64,000 nucleotides of DNA from a virus, in the IMG/VR virus record IMGVR_UViG_3300037851_000950, positions 1-64,000 of that record. One strand, given 5' to 3'. The notes under the pieces are model-generated. The model was given only the letters and a program-made list of their open reading frames with translations. It was not told the origin of the DNA and searched no databases. The stretch's first letter is position 1, and each line of letters begins with the position of its first letter. The position numbers and the translations under genes were made by a program. This document shows positions 1-7,920 of this stretch, one piece after another.

Positions 1-1361
1 GATCCGGTGTAAGTCAATCCGATGTAGTTGTTAACATCACGGATCATGAGTTTCTTGTACTTGCTTACGCTAACAGGCATTCCAGTATAAGCTTTCCACT
101 CGTTAAGCGTTTTATCATACTGCTCGCGATCTTTTACCTGGATTTCCATACCGTCCGTGTTCACCATGATCACATTTCCTGCTCCGTTGAGAGTCATTTT
201 CTCGGCAAGCATCGCCATAAGCAACTGACCGTTGGTGGTGATCGAATACATCATCTTGGGGTCATAGAGCGGCGAGTAGATCGAATTGCTCTTTCCGAAT
301 ACAGAATTGAGTGCTTCCTTCAGAGCGTTGTTTGCTACCGGTGAGGTAGTTGCCATACGCTGTTGGTACAATCTTTCATATACCGTGCTGAATTGTTCTC
401 CCAAGTGAGCCGGTCGGAACTTGTATTTGATGGCCAGGTTCGGATAAAAGCTCTTCACATCCAGGCTGTCGACATCTTTCCAATGAGAGTTGTCGCGAGC
501 TGCGTGCAAACCGCCAAATCCGAATTCATACTTCATGCCGTCAAACATGATCTTTCTTCCAGGCCGCTTACCCTCCTCCAGGGAAGAAAACTCTACGGTT
601 CTGAACCAGTCGAGTATCTTTTGAAATTGCTGAGTCTTGAATTTAATCTGAGGTAAAATCAGATCTCCGATACTGATGGTCTGTTTCTTGGTGTCAGGGG
701 TTGGGATGTTTCCCATTTGCTTGAGGAAGATCATCTCTCCCATGTGAGCGTTCGAAGCGTTCAGGCACTCGATTCCATAAGTAGCCTTGGCCCATTTCCT
801 TACTGCGATAAGTCCTTGAGTCTTCTTGTGATGAAAGAATCTTATGGTAGCTATTACGTCGTTTCTGTTGTAATCCAGAATCTCCTGAAGCTGTTTGAGA
901 TTCGTCACTGGTTGATCGTGGGGATGGGGCATCTCTTGGATGTTCTCCATTCCCAGGTGACATTGTACCCATTTCAATGATGTTCTTCGCGACTCATTGT
1001 TAAAATGATACAGTAGAAAAAGATCAAGCTCACGAATACCTTGAACAGTACCCTTGACCTTATCCCCTCCTACAATTCTCTGGCCTAATTGATATGCGGT
1101 GTATTCATCACCGTTTCTCAAGATGTCCGAGAGAATAGGCGCGTCAAAATTCACTCCGTTGAAGCTGATCAAACCCTTTACTTCCTCGTTGATGAATTTG
1201 CAGAGTTCTTTGTACCCGGAGTAGAATTTATCTACGCCGAGCGGTTTAAGAGCGTTGGAGATTACGAATTGCCGATGGTCCTTCTCATCTTTGATGCTGA
1301 TGAATGTTACGGTAAAGCAATTCAGTATGGTCTCCACGTCATAGGCCCACACTTGCTTCAT
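1..1361 (-). CDS. polB: Family B DNA polymerase (3' end runs off the window)
   Basis: Not in the ORF track because it is open at the edge. Manual translation from ATG 1361 gives exonuclease motifs YDVET, SFNGVNFD and YNRNDV, and polymerase motifs DVKSFYPN, KEALNSVFGK and NTDG. Confidence 0.95.
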   Translation of the reverse strand, partial: MKQVWAYDVETILNCFTVTFISIKDEKDHRQFVISNALKPLGVDKFYSGYKELCKFINEEVKGLISFNGVNFDAPILSDILRNGDEYTAYQLGQRIVGGDKVKGTVQGIRELDLFLLYHFNNESRRTSLKWVQCHLGMENIQEMPHPHDQPVTNLKQLQEILDYNRNDVIATIRFFHHKKTQGLIAVRKWAKATYGIECLNASNAHMGEMIFLKQMGNIPTPDTKKQTISIGDLILPQIKFKTQQFQKILDWFRTVEFSSLEEGKRPGRKIMFDGMKYEFGFGGLHAARDNSHWKDVDSLDVKSFYPNLAIKYKFRPAHLGEQFSTVYERLYQQRMATTSPVANNALKEALNSVFGKSNSIYSPLYDPKMMYSITTNGQLLMAMLAEKMTLNGAGNVIMVNTDGMEIQVKDREQYDKTLNEWKAYTGMPVSVSKYKKLMIRDVNNYIGLTYTG

Positions 1362-1743
1362 TGATCTTTTCCAATACGTAGTAAACATCCCGATTATGGG
1401 TTACGATGCCCACAAGTACCCAGCAAGAATCTATCCACTCGTTATCCATCGCAACATAGAAATCCCTGTTGCTTGAGATTTCAGACAAATCTTCTGTATT
1501 CTCAACAGTGATTATTGCCAGACTTGGCACTGGTTTCATGAACGAGTTAGAATCTTTTACAGATAGTTCGACACTTGATTCAAAAGGAAGAGCCTCTGAT
1601 CTTAGGTCTGATGAATTGGGAGAATCCATGACAACGGCTGCTCCGATAACTCTTCTTGTTTTGGGCATCCACAATGAGAAACTACCTATTTGAAGTGCTG
1701 TTGTCTGAATACTGTACTTCCTAATACTGTACTTCCTTGTCAT
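1339..1743 (-). CDS. Hypothetical protein
   Basis: 134-aa ORF overlapping both neighbours in the operon. Confidence 0.65.
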   Translation of the reverse strand: MTRKYSIRKYSIQTTALQIGSFSLWMPKTRRVIGAAVVMDSPNSSDLRSEALPFESSVELSVKDSNSFMKPVPSLAIITVENTEDLSEISSNRDFYVAMDNEWIDSCWVLVGIVTHNRDVYYVLEKINEASVGL

Positions 1744-2030
1744 AGCTTTTTGATCGCGTTCTTCAGTATGCGTTGATTACGCTGGAACTTGCTTTTGCGG
1801 TCTTTGAGTACGACTCCTCTGAGTTCAGCTTCGGCGTCTATCTTTTCGATTTGCTCGCTGATCTCACACAATTTGTGCCATAAGTATTCTTCTTTGGCTT
1901 GCGCATATTGCTTGGCATTGCGCAGATGTGAGGTGCTCATCTCGGAGAAAGGTACGTACTCTCCGTCCTTCGTGCGCCAGCAGTTCTTTTTATTGTGAAC
2001 CGGTGGTTTTTTGTCCTGATCCATAGACAT
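1740..2030 (-). CDS. Hypothetical phage protein
   Basis: WRTKDGxxxxxxxMxxxHLxNA motif followed by a coiled coil; overlaps neighbours. Confidence 0.7.
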   Translation of the reverse strand: MSMDQDKKPPVHNKKNCWRTKDGEYVPFSEMSTSHLRNAKQYAQAKEEYLWHKLCEISEQIEKIDAEAELRGVVLKDRKSKFQRNQRILKNAIKKL

Positions 2031-2553
2031 TGGGTTTAGTTGGTGAAAAAATAGAATCCAGAGAATTGATCCAGTACTTCAATCCGCGTTCATAATGCTT
2101 TGCAGAGGACACATAGTATCCTTTCTGCTTAAGATGAACTGCAAATTTTGTCGGATCTCCCTGTCGAGGAATTTTCATAACGGCGATCAGCCTGAGATAT
2201 GCACGCGTTGCGTCTTCTACCGATCGGTAGGAAGCAAAACATTTACATTTTTCGGCTGTTGCGATTTTGCCCAACGACAGGGTATCATACGAAGAATGAT
2301 AAAGCGAGAATACGTTGTTGTGCTCGACGCTCAATCTGTTTTTGAAGTTGCCACTTTCGAATTTGGCTTGAGCAATCATGACCTTTTGAACATTGATGTC
2401 GGTAATACCGGAATCAAGAAGTACGCTCACAATTCTCTCTTCAATGCTCAGTTGAACTTTTTTCTCTAATGGTTTAGAGTCTGTTTCTACGGCATTCTTC
2501 GGCTCAATAGGCGTAAACAGAAATACCAGAAACAGGAGAGTTAACATTTTCAT
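1990..2553 (-). CDS. GH73/glucosaminidase-type peptidoglycan hydrolase with N-terminal signal peptide
   Basis: AQAKFESG catalytic Glu motif, NNVFS, FASYxSVED and KGYY motifs; hydrophobic N-terminus. Confidence 0.8.
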   Translation of the reverse strand: MKMLTLLFLVFLFTPIEPKNAVETDSKPLEKKVQLSIEERIVSVLLDSGITDINVQKVMIAQAKFESGNFKNRLSVEHNNVFSLYHSSYDTLSLGKIATAEKCKCFASYRSVEDATRAYLRLIAVMKIPRQGDPTKFAVHLKQKGYYVSSAKHYERGLKYWINSLDSIFSPTKPNVYGSGQKTTGSQ

Positions 2554-2568
2554 TGCTTATGGGTTTGG

Positions 2569-2826
2569 TTAATTACTCCGGAGCCAATCTTTGACTCCAA
2601 GTGCGGAAGCACGGATTCGCTCTCGCGAAGCCCGCTTCCCGAGGAGCGCGTAAAGATGGAAGTAAGCTGTGAATACATCGCCGCTGACGACACGCCTTTT
2701 TTTAATAGTATCCACAATACGAAAGGCAAGTGTATCCATAAACTCTTTACTTTTCCACTCTGCGCGCTCACCCGAGACTTTCATGACAGAATCCATGAAA
2801 TCGTCCAAAGTGATAATATCCATCAT
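2569..2826 (-). CDS. Hypothetical protein
   Basis: 85-aa ORF with A/C-rich leader. Confidence 0.6.
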   Translation of the reverse strand: MMDIITLDDFMDSVMKVSGERAEWKSKEFMDTLAFRIVDTIKKRRVVSGDVFTAYFHLYALLGKRASRERIRASALGVKDWLRSN

Positions 2827-2868
2827 TGGTGAAATTAGTTGAAAAATCTTAATCGCACAACACCGAAA

Positions 2869-3138
2869 TCAGAGAATTCTGGCGTCTAATTTGCGATCTC
2901 TCAGACCTTGGCAATTGATGAGAAGATGTTCGAGTTTTCCTTCTTTCACCACAGCTTTGCCGGTGTTGTGAATGTTCCAGGCAAGCTGTTCACTTCGAAT
3001 TTCTCCATAGCCGAGAACGTCCATAAAGGAAATGATGACGTGATTAAACGTATTGAAGTCATCGTCAAATACGATCAGTCGATAAACGATCTCTTCTTTT
3101 TCCTCAATAAAAGTTTCTTCATCGATTTCAGTTGACAT
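2869..3138 (-). CDS. clpS: ATP-dependent Clp protease adaptor ClpS (start could also be 3186)
   Basis: LIVFDDDFNTFNHVI...SEQLAWNIHNTGKAVVKEG matches Bacteroidota-type ClpS. Confidence 0.85.
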   Translation of the reverse strand: MSTEIDEETFIEEKEEIVYRLIVFDDDFNTFNHVIISFMDVLGYGEIRSEQLAWNIHNTGKAVVKEGKLEHLLINCQGLRDRKLDARIL

Positions 3139-3481
3139 TCTGTTGATGAAGTCCTTGCGGAAAAGGTTCTTCAAAGATAGTTTCATAAGTTTGATTAATT
3201 AGCGTTTCTAAATGGCTTCCTCGCGAATTTTCCTGACGCCATATTTCCAGCACAGTGCGTGCCCCGGAGAGAGTGTATCCCAGCTTCTGAATAATTACCC
3301 ATGTGAGATGAATCTCTTGCATGGCACGCACATCAAAAACCCGATCATTTTTTCGGTTTCTCGGCGTCTGTATCTCAAGTTCATCACACCAGAATCTGAT
3401 TCTGCTGGCAGCGCAACCGTAATACTCGGCTACCTTGCCGATATTCCAGTACAGTCGCTTGATTGTGTGTTCTTTGATCAT
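3128..3481 (-). CDS. MerR-family HTH regulator
   Basis: RLYWNIGKVAE...SRIRFW...RNRKNDRVF...GYTLSGAR. Confidence 0.8.
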   Translation of the reverse strand: MIKEHTIKRLYWNIGKVAEYYGCAASRIRFWCDELEIQTPRNRKNDRVFDVRAMQEIHLTWVIIQKLGYTLSGARTVLEIWRQENSRGSHLETLINQTYETIFEEPFPQGLHQQNVN

Positions 3482-3490
3482 AGTGTTTGG

Positions 3491-3835
3491 TTAAAGCCAA
3501 AGTTTTAATCCTTCGATGGCCTGTTGAATCGCTTCCGCCCGTTGTTGAAGAGAGAGAATCTGTTTCTCAATTTCTTCGCGGTCGTAAGAGATGTAGTAGC
3601 CTCTCGAAGTGGCCATTACTGGCAAAATCTTCGCAGAGCGAAGAAAGTTAGTGATCTTTCGCAGACGAGGTTCGGTGAGCTTGCCATACTTAGCAGATAC
3701 TGCCTGGCAAATCGCAGCGCCATGCACAGCATCTTCAGGACGACGCTTGTTGTAGAGTCCTTTGATGATGACCGGCACAAGCTTCTTCTCATCCTCCGTC
3801 AGGGGTGCAGTTTCCAGATCAAATCCCGTAATCAT
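3491..3835 (-). CDS. Putative winged-HTH phage protein
   Basis: Likely start MITGFDLET at an ATGA overlap; LTEPRLRKITNFLR...ATSRGYY. Confidence 0.65.
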   Translation of the reverse strand: MITGFDLETAPLTEDEKKLVPVIIKGLYNKRRPEDAVHGAAICQAVSAKYGKLTEPRLRKITNFLRSAKILPVMATSRGYYISYDREEIEKQILSLQQRAEAIQQAIEGLKLWL

Positions 3836-3987
3836 TGTGGTAGTTTTGGATCCACAGGATCTTGTTTGACAATCTTCCGGACCGAGCCGCACTGTTTGCA
3901 GGCATGCTTGTTGTTACCAGTCGAATGCCAGGTAACCTCCTTGCATGTACTGCAGTAAAGTTGGATTTCTCTTACTCGCTGATCCAT
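3832..3987 (-). CDS. Small Zn-ribbon protein (51 aa)
   Basis: Manual translation MDQRVREIQLYCSTCKEVTWHSTGNNKHACKQCGS..., two CxxC pairs. Confidence 0.6.
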   Translation of the reverse strand: MDQRVREIQLYCSTCKEVTWHSTGNNKHACKQCGSVRKIVKQDPVDPKLPQ

Positions 3988-4060
3988 AATTCCAAGGCAA
4001 TTTCAATGGCTCGTGCAAACGAAGCATCGATTCCAAAGAAGTTAATGTCATTAAATAGAA

Positions 4061-5161
4061 TCATTCAGGTTTGAATTTAAGTTGATCGATTACACAGTCC
4101 AGTTTCTCAATGTCTGTACGATGCCCCAAGTAAGTTGGCTGATAAATTGATCCGCCAGGATATGCGTAAAGATACCGAACCTCGACGATTTGATTTTTCT
4201 CAGGTACAGATTTGTTGGGAGGAATTGTAACATTCCCTACATCAACCAGATCACCTGATGTTGAATCAAACAGTCCAAGGTTAACAGAGCGTGCTCTCTC
4301 ATTCTGTTTGAGAACAAGAAAACTTGCTGTTTCAAAGAACTTGTACTTCAATGAAGTGCCTCCTGACGCGGGTCTTCCCGGAATAATAGGGGCATTGAGC
4401 TTTCTGAAGATTACACCTTCTCCGTTTCTCTCCATGATTTCCTCAAACGCTTTTCTCTTTTCTTCTGAAGTGGTGAAGGTTTCAACAAGCTTAATGTTCG
4501 AGAGTACACTCGGAGCACTTAGAATAAGATTTTTGATCTTCTGCAGTCTTCGTCCATATTGATCAAGAGTTCTTGGATCAGGCCAAGAAAGGAGGTCAAA
4601 TACGTGAATTGTTTCTCCAACCAGCTCACCATCGAAAACAAATGAAGCTCCCGGTATTAATCTGGCTTCTCTGACTACATTTCTTGGCAACGGAACAACC
4701 TGACCCTTTCTATTGTACCCAAGAATATCCTCGTTGAACTTACGAAAGGCTCTTCGTTCTCCATCAAACTTTTCTTGCATACCCCACGTATCGTCGTTAA
4801 TCAGATGGGACACTTCTGCCAAATCAATTGGATTGGATAGTTGGAGCTCAATTTCTTTCTCTTTTTCCTTTGCTCTGGAGACTGATGTAAAAGACGACAC
4901 TGGTCCGCCTTCTGTTCTTGAATTAAAATCGATCGCATAACCTTTTGCGGTTTTGGATTTCACCAGTAGTTCAAATTGGCGAAGAGCTTTTTTATACAGT
5001 GCAAAATCACCCTTTGGTGCAAGATTCAAAGTTGATCCTCTGCGGCCGTACTCTCCGAATACTGTCCAACCACTATCTTTTTGTTTGAGAAAGGCGTGAT
5101 ACACTTTATCCGAAGATCCTTCTCTGAAGGACATTGAGATTTTAATTTCTTCTTCTGTCAT
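4061..5161 (-). CDS. WGR domain fused to an ATP-dependent DNA ligase
   Basis: N-terminal SDKVY...YGRRG...KTAKGY (WGR); QEKFDGER (motif I), FDGEL, EGVIFR, KYKF; OB-fold VEVRYLY...QPTYLGHRTD. Confidence 0.85.
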   Translation of the reverse strand: MTEEEIKISMSFREGSSDKVYHAFLKQKDSGWTVFGEYGRRGSTLNLAPKGDFALYKKALRQFELLVKSKTAKGYAIDFNSRTEGGPVSSFTSVSRAKEKEKEIELQLSNPIDLAEVSHLINDDTWGMQEKFDGERRAFRKFNEDILGYNRKGQVVPLPRNVVREARLIPGASFVFDGELVGETIHVFDLLSWPDPRTLDQYGRRLQKIKNLILSAPSVLSNIKLVETFTTSEEKRKAFEEIMERNGEGVIFRKLNAPIIPGRPASGGTSLKYKFFETASFLVLKQNERARSVNLGLFDSTSGDLVDVGNVTIPPNKSVPEKNQIVEVRYLYAYPGGSIYQPTYLGHRTDIEKLDCVIDQLKFKPE

Positions 5162-5180
5162 TGTCTTTGGTTTTGAGTAA

Positions 5181-5211
5181 AAATAAAAGCCGGGGGTTCC
5201 TCTCCCCCGGC
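5181..5211 (-). terminator. Intrinsic terminator
   Basis: GCCGGGGG/CCCCCGGC hairpin followed by a U-tract. Confidence 0.75.
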
Positions 5212-5468
5212 CCAGGCTTGCTTTCTGATTGTTTCCGCTCAACCGTAGAAGAGGTTCCATAATCAGCGGACGTACTGTTTGCCCCAGGACGCACCGTCTA
5301 TGCGCCTTTTATCGACGGGCCATAAACCCAATTAAGACACCCGTCAAATGTGCAAGAGTAGAAGCTCACGTTCTTACTGTGATTTCACAGGTGCCCAGGT
5401 CCCCTGGTCCGCGAATTCTTCTTACTCTGCTCCGTCATGCCTCCCGTAATTATCACTTCGGACATGAC
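5212..5468 (-). ncRNA. Unknown multi-hairpin structured intergenic RNA
   Basis: Five successive paired domains visible by eye, no convincing ORF, ends at a terminator. Confidence 0.5.
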
Positions 5469-5780
5469 TCAAGATTCTATCCGGTAGATCCTTTTGATGA
5501 TCTCCGACAGTGAGTGTTCTTTGGTAAAGTACTTAATTCCATCCGGAAAGATCACCAGAATCCCTGTTCGAGGATCTTCGTTGAAGAAATCCGGCATGAA
5601 TTTACCGATGACTCCGCCTCCAATGAGAGGTTGGGCCTCTGCAAGAACGTATCCCCAAGACTCTTTGTGCCGACAAATCCATCGTCCTTTGATGTTCCAA
5701 TCGATGTACTCTTTTTCGACAATTGGGTCGATACTACTCCATTTTGGATTGACAACACCGACAACACTGCTACTTTCCAT
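5469..5780 (-). CDS. Hypothetical protein
   Basis: ORF coupled to the upstream gene. Confidence 0.6.
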   Translation of the reverse strand: MESSSVVGVVNPKWSSIDPIVEKEYIDWNIKGRWICRHKESWGYVLAEAQPLIGGGVIGKFMPDFFNEDPRTGILVIFPDGIKYFTKEHSLSEIIKRIYRIES

Positions 5781-6171
5781 ACTTGGAAAATTGCTTGAGC
5801 TCATCTTCAACAATCTTGTCGATGATTTTCTCAATGTCGGTTCCCTCTTTACCTATGCTCTTGAGCACAAGTTTGGAGTATAGCGAGTTGACACCCTCTT
5901 TTCGGTTCCAAGAGTGGACATACTCAGGCTCGAGTTTTTTCCCATAGCTGCGAATATGAGGAAACTCTTTCCGGACTTTCTTCAGAATGCCGGCCTGTTC
6001 TTTTTCCAGGCGATCGATTTCATTCTGAATTCGATCGTAAACCTTGAGATCTTCTTTGAACTTAGTCTCGAAAGTCTCTTTGATCCACTTATTCTTATTC
6101 TCGATAAGGCGGTCGTATGCTTCACCAGCAATTGTTTTGAGCTGTGTAGCTGTCAGTTTGATATTTTTCAT
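5770..6171 (-). CDS. Hypothetical coiled-coil protein
   Basis: 133 aa, K/E-rich heptads. Confidence 0.7.
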   Translation of the reverse strand: MKNIKLTATQLKTIAGEAYDRLIENKNKWIKETFETKFKEDLKVYDRIQNEIDRLEKEQAGILKKVRKEFPHIRSYGKKLEPEYVHSWNRKEGVNSLYSKLVLKSIGKEGTDIEKIIDKIVEDELKQFSKYGK

Positions 6172-6207
6172 CTTGTGGTACTTGAATGTGGTGAATTGAA
6201 TTTCTTT

Positions 6208-6540
6208 TTATTGCTTTTGTACAGTTCGTTTCCTGGTCTGCACATAACCAGCATCATCGTCAGGATTATCGCCAGAACGATGACGAGCGCAAAGCGTCCC
6301 ATTTTTTGCTTTAAGTTTCTTTTGGTAAAACGTTAACATTTCTTCAAGCGAATTGAAAATAAATATCGGAGTGTCTCCCTGATACAATTCAGTCATTTGC
6401 TCTGACTTACAATAAACTTTTGTAGTTTCTCCACTTCCTTCAGCACTGTAAAGTACACGAATGACACATCCTTCCTGGAACCCCTCACTATTGAGCCAGA
6501 AGACTTTGTCTCCTATCTCATAAATCATTATCTTTTTCAT
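6208..6540 (-). CDS. Hypothetical protein (YEIGDKVFW, SH3/KOW-like start)
   Basis: 3' part of track ORF 6208-6765, starting after a hairpin at 6547-6566. Confidence 0.55.
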   Translation of the reverse strand: MKKIMIYEIGDKVFWLNSEGFQEGCVIRVLYSAEGSGETTKVYCKSEQMTELYQGDTPIFIFNSLEEMLTFYQKKLKAKNGTLCARHRSGDNPDDDAGYVQTRKRTVQKQ

Positions 6541-6574
6541 AAGAAAAGGGTAGGTTTTCCTACCCTCTAAGTTA

Positions 6575-7495
6575 CTAAATGTGGCAATCAACAATAGTGA
6601 ATAGTGCGTCTTCCGGAGCTTCGTTGATTTTCTCAAGAAAGAACTGTCTCCATTGCTTGGGATCCATCTCGTCGTATGACATACCAAACGATCCCATTCT
6701 TCCACGCTCATACCATTTTCCATCGACGACAACCGCGTAAGTAGAAATCGCTGCAAAGCGGGCATTTTCCAAATATTCCTCCCTTGAAATCAGGAAGTCA
6801 TCCGGTGAGTGAAGAATATTGAGAATTAATTCTTCCTCTTGAGAACGCTCTTGACGAGATTTTGTAACTTCTTTGATCTTCTCTTCGCAATAAACAAGCC
6901 GTGGCTGAGTATAGTATTTCTCGCGAGCTTCCATGAATTTTTTACGACTTGCGTTTTCAGCGTAAAAGGAAGAAAGAGGTTTTTGTGGCTCGGTACCTTC
7001 GAAAAGCTTTTCAGCCATATCGTAGCGCTTGGTTGCTGCTTCTTCTGCTTCTTTGTACATGGTCAGGAAATCGATAGCAGACTTTTCCGCTTGATCTGCA
7101 AGAGTCTTGTCTTTGACTTTGTCCATCATGACGCTTGGTTCTCCGATATTACCTTTTGCTCCAGGCTTCAATTTGAAGAATCCTGACCAGCGGCCGCCAA
7201 TGCAATACCAGTCCCATTTGCTTTCGGGATTGTAAGTAGAAACTTCATAGTATTTACCATCCGGTCCTTTTTTCCAGTTTTTTGAGTTCCAATCGTTTCC
7301 GTATTTACGGTACATATCCTCGAACGGCAAATCTTTGTCTTGGGGTTTTTCTTCCCGGTAATGGTTCATGAATCTTTGGATGTCTTCGTCGGATACAACC
7401 TCTTTGTTGTAAGGAGCGACTTCGATGTTCTCGCAGTAGGGAGCAAGCTGGTCTTCGGGATTTTCTCCAATGACCAGTACAGTGAAATGTGACAT
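6575..7495 (-). CDS. Conserved phage protein of unknown function
   Basis: MSHFTVLVIG...YNPESKWDWYCIGGRWSG...DGKWYERG...VDCHI, recognised as a recurrent phage family. Confidence 0.8.
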   Translation of the reverse strand: MSHFTVLVIGENPEDQLAPYCENIEVAPYNKEVVSDEDIQRFMNHYREEKPQDKDLPFEDMYRKYGNDWNSKNWKKGPDGKYYEVSTYNPESKWDWYCIGGRWSGFFKLKPGAKGNIGEPSVMMDKVKDKTLADQAEKSAIDFLTMYKEAEEAATKRYDMAEKLFEGTEPQKPLSSFYAENASRKKFMEAREKYYTQPRLVYCEEKIKEVTKSRQERSQEEELILNILHSPDDFLISREEYLENARFAAISTYAVVVDGKWYERGRMGSFGMSYDEMDPKQWRQFFLEKINEAPEDALFTIVDCHI

Positions 7496-7520
7496 TGTTT
7501 TGGATTTAATAGTTGAAAAT

Positions 7521-7554
7521 AAAAGAGGAACGAGAGATCAACCCTCGTTCCTCT
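7521..7554 (-). terminator. Intrinsic terminator closing the ncRNA
   Basis: AGAGGAACGAG/CTCGTTCCTCT hairpin followed by UUUUAUUUU. Confidence 0.85.
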
Positions 7555-7637
7555 GAATGGGAGCGACCAATGTATCAGCCAGGTTCAAATCAGTACCTCA
7601 AACAACCAGCAGGCGCACGAATGCAAACTTCTGTCCT

Positions 7638-7735
7638 GGATTTGAAAGACCTTTGTGATTTAGGCTTTCAACTTTCTATCGGAAGAACTTTGACATTTAA
7701 CATTTCAGCTTTCAACTTTGAACTTTGAACTTTTC
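7638..7735 (-). repeat. About 11 degenerate ~7-nt repeats, NAAAGYY/NAAAUNN
   Basis: AAAAGUU CAAAGUU CAAAGUU GAAAGCU GAAAUGU UAAAUGU CAAAGUU ... GAAAGUU GAAAGCC UAAAUCA CAAAGGU. Confidence 0.85.
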
Positions 7736-7765
7736 GTGAGGTCCATAGGGAGGACCGACCCGAAT

Positions 7766-7829
7766 TCCCTTGCTCTACCAACTGAGCTACTTCACAAGGA
7801 AGGTCGGACTCGAACCGACGGCCAAAGGA
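7766..7829 (-). ncRNA. Circularly permuted tRNA-like domain (YrlA-like topology), not a functional tRNA
   Basis: T-arm GUCGG-UUCGAGU-CCGAC precedes a loop-capped acceptor stem CUUC-CUUGU-GAAG, then UA and D-arm GCUC-AGUUGGUA-GAGC; anticodon stem UCCUU/AGGGA opens into the host RNA. Confidence 0.85.
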
Positions 7830-7920
7830 TCTATTCATTGTTTTAGCTTAAAATGCTATTGCTTTTTATCCGTTAAGCTCGGGATTGTGTTTACGATTTA
7901 CGATACACCAGTCACATATC

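Larger units (their letters stand above)
7563..7915 (-). ncRNA. ~350-nt structured ncRNA with a permuted tRNA-like module and a 7-nt repeat array
   Basis: Ends pair (GUGACUGGUGUAUC / GAUACAUUGGUCGC); internal helices AGCUUAA/UUAAGCU, GGUCC/GGACC and CCAGG/CCUGG; followed by a terminator. Confidence 0.85.

Noticed and set aside
5225-5272. Hammerhead or SAM-II riboswitch (CGCUGAUU...AGCGGAAAC)
   Set aside because: The core is CUGAUUA without a proper stem I/II, and the SAM-II 3' GCUAAA motif is absent. Kept only as unknown structure.
7766-7829. Ordinary tRNA gene
   Set aside because: The arms are in permuted order, there is no anticodon loop, and the 4-bp acceptor stem is looped with no CCA.
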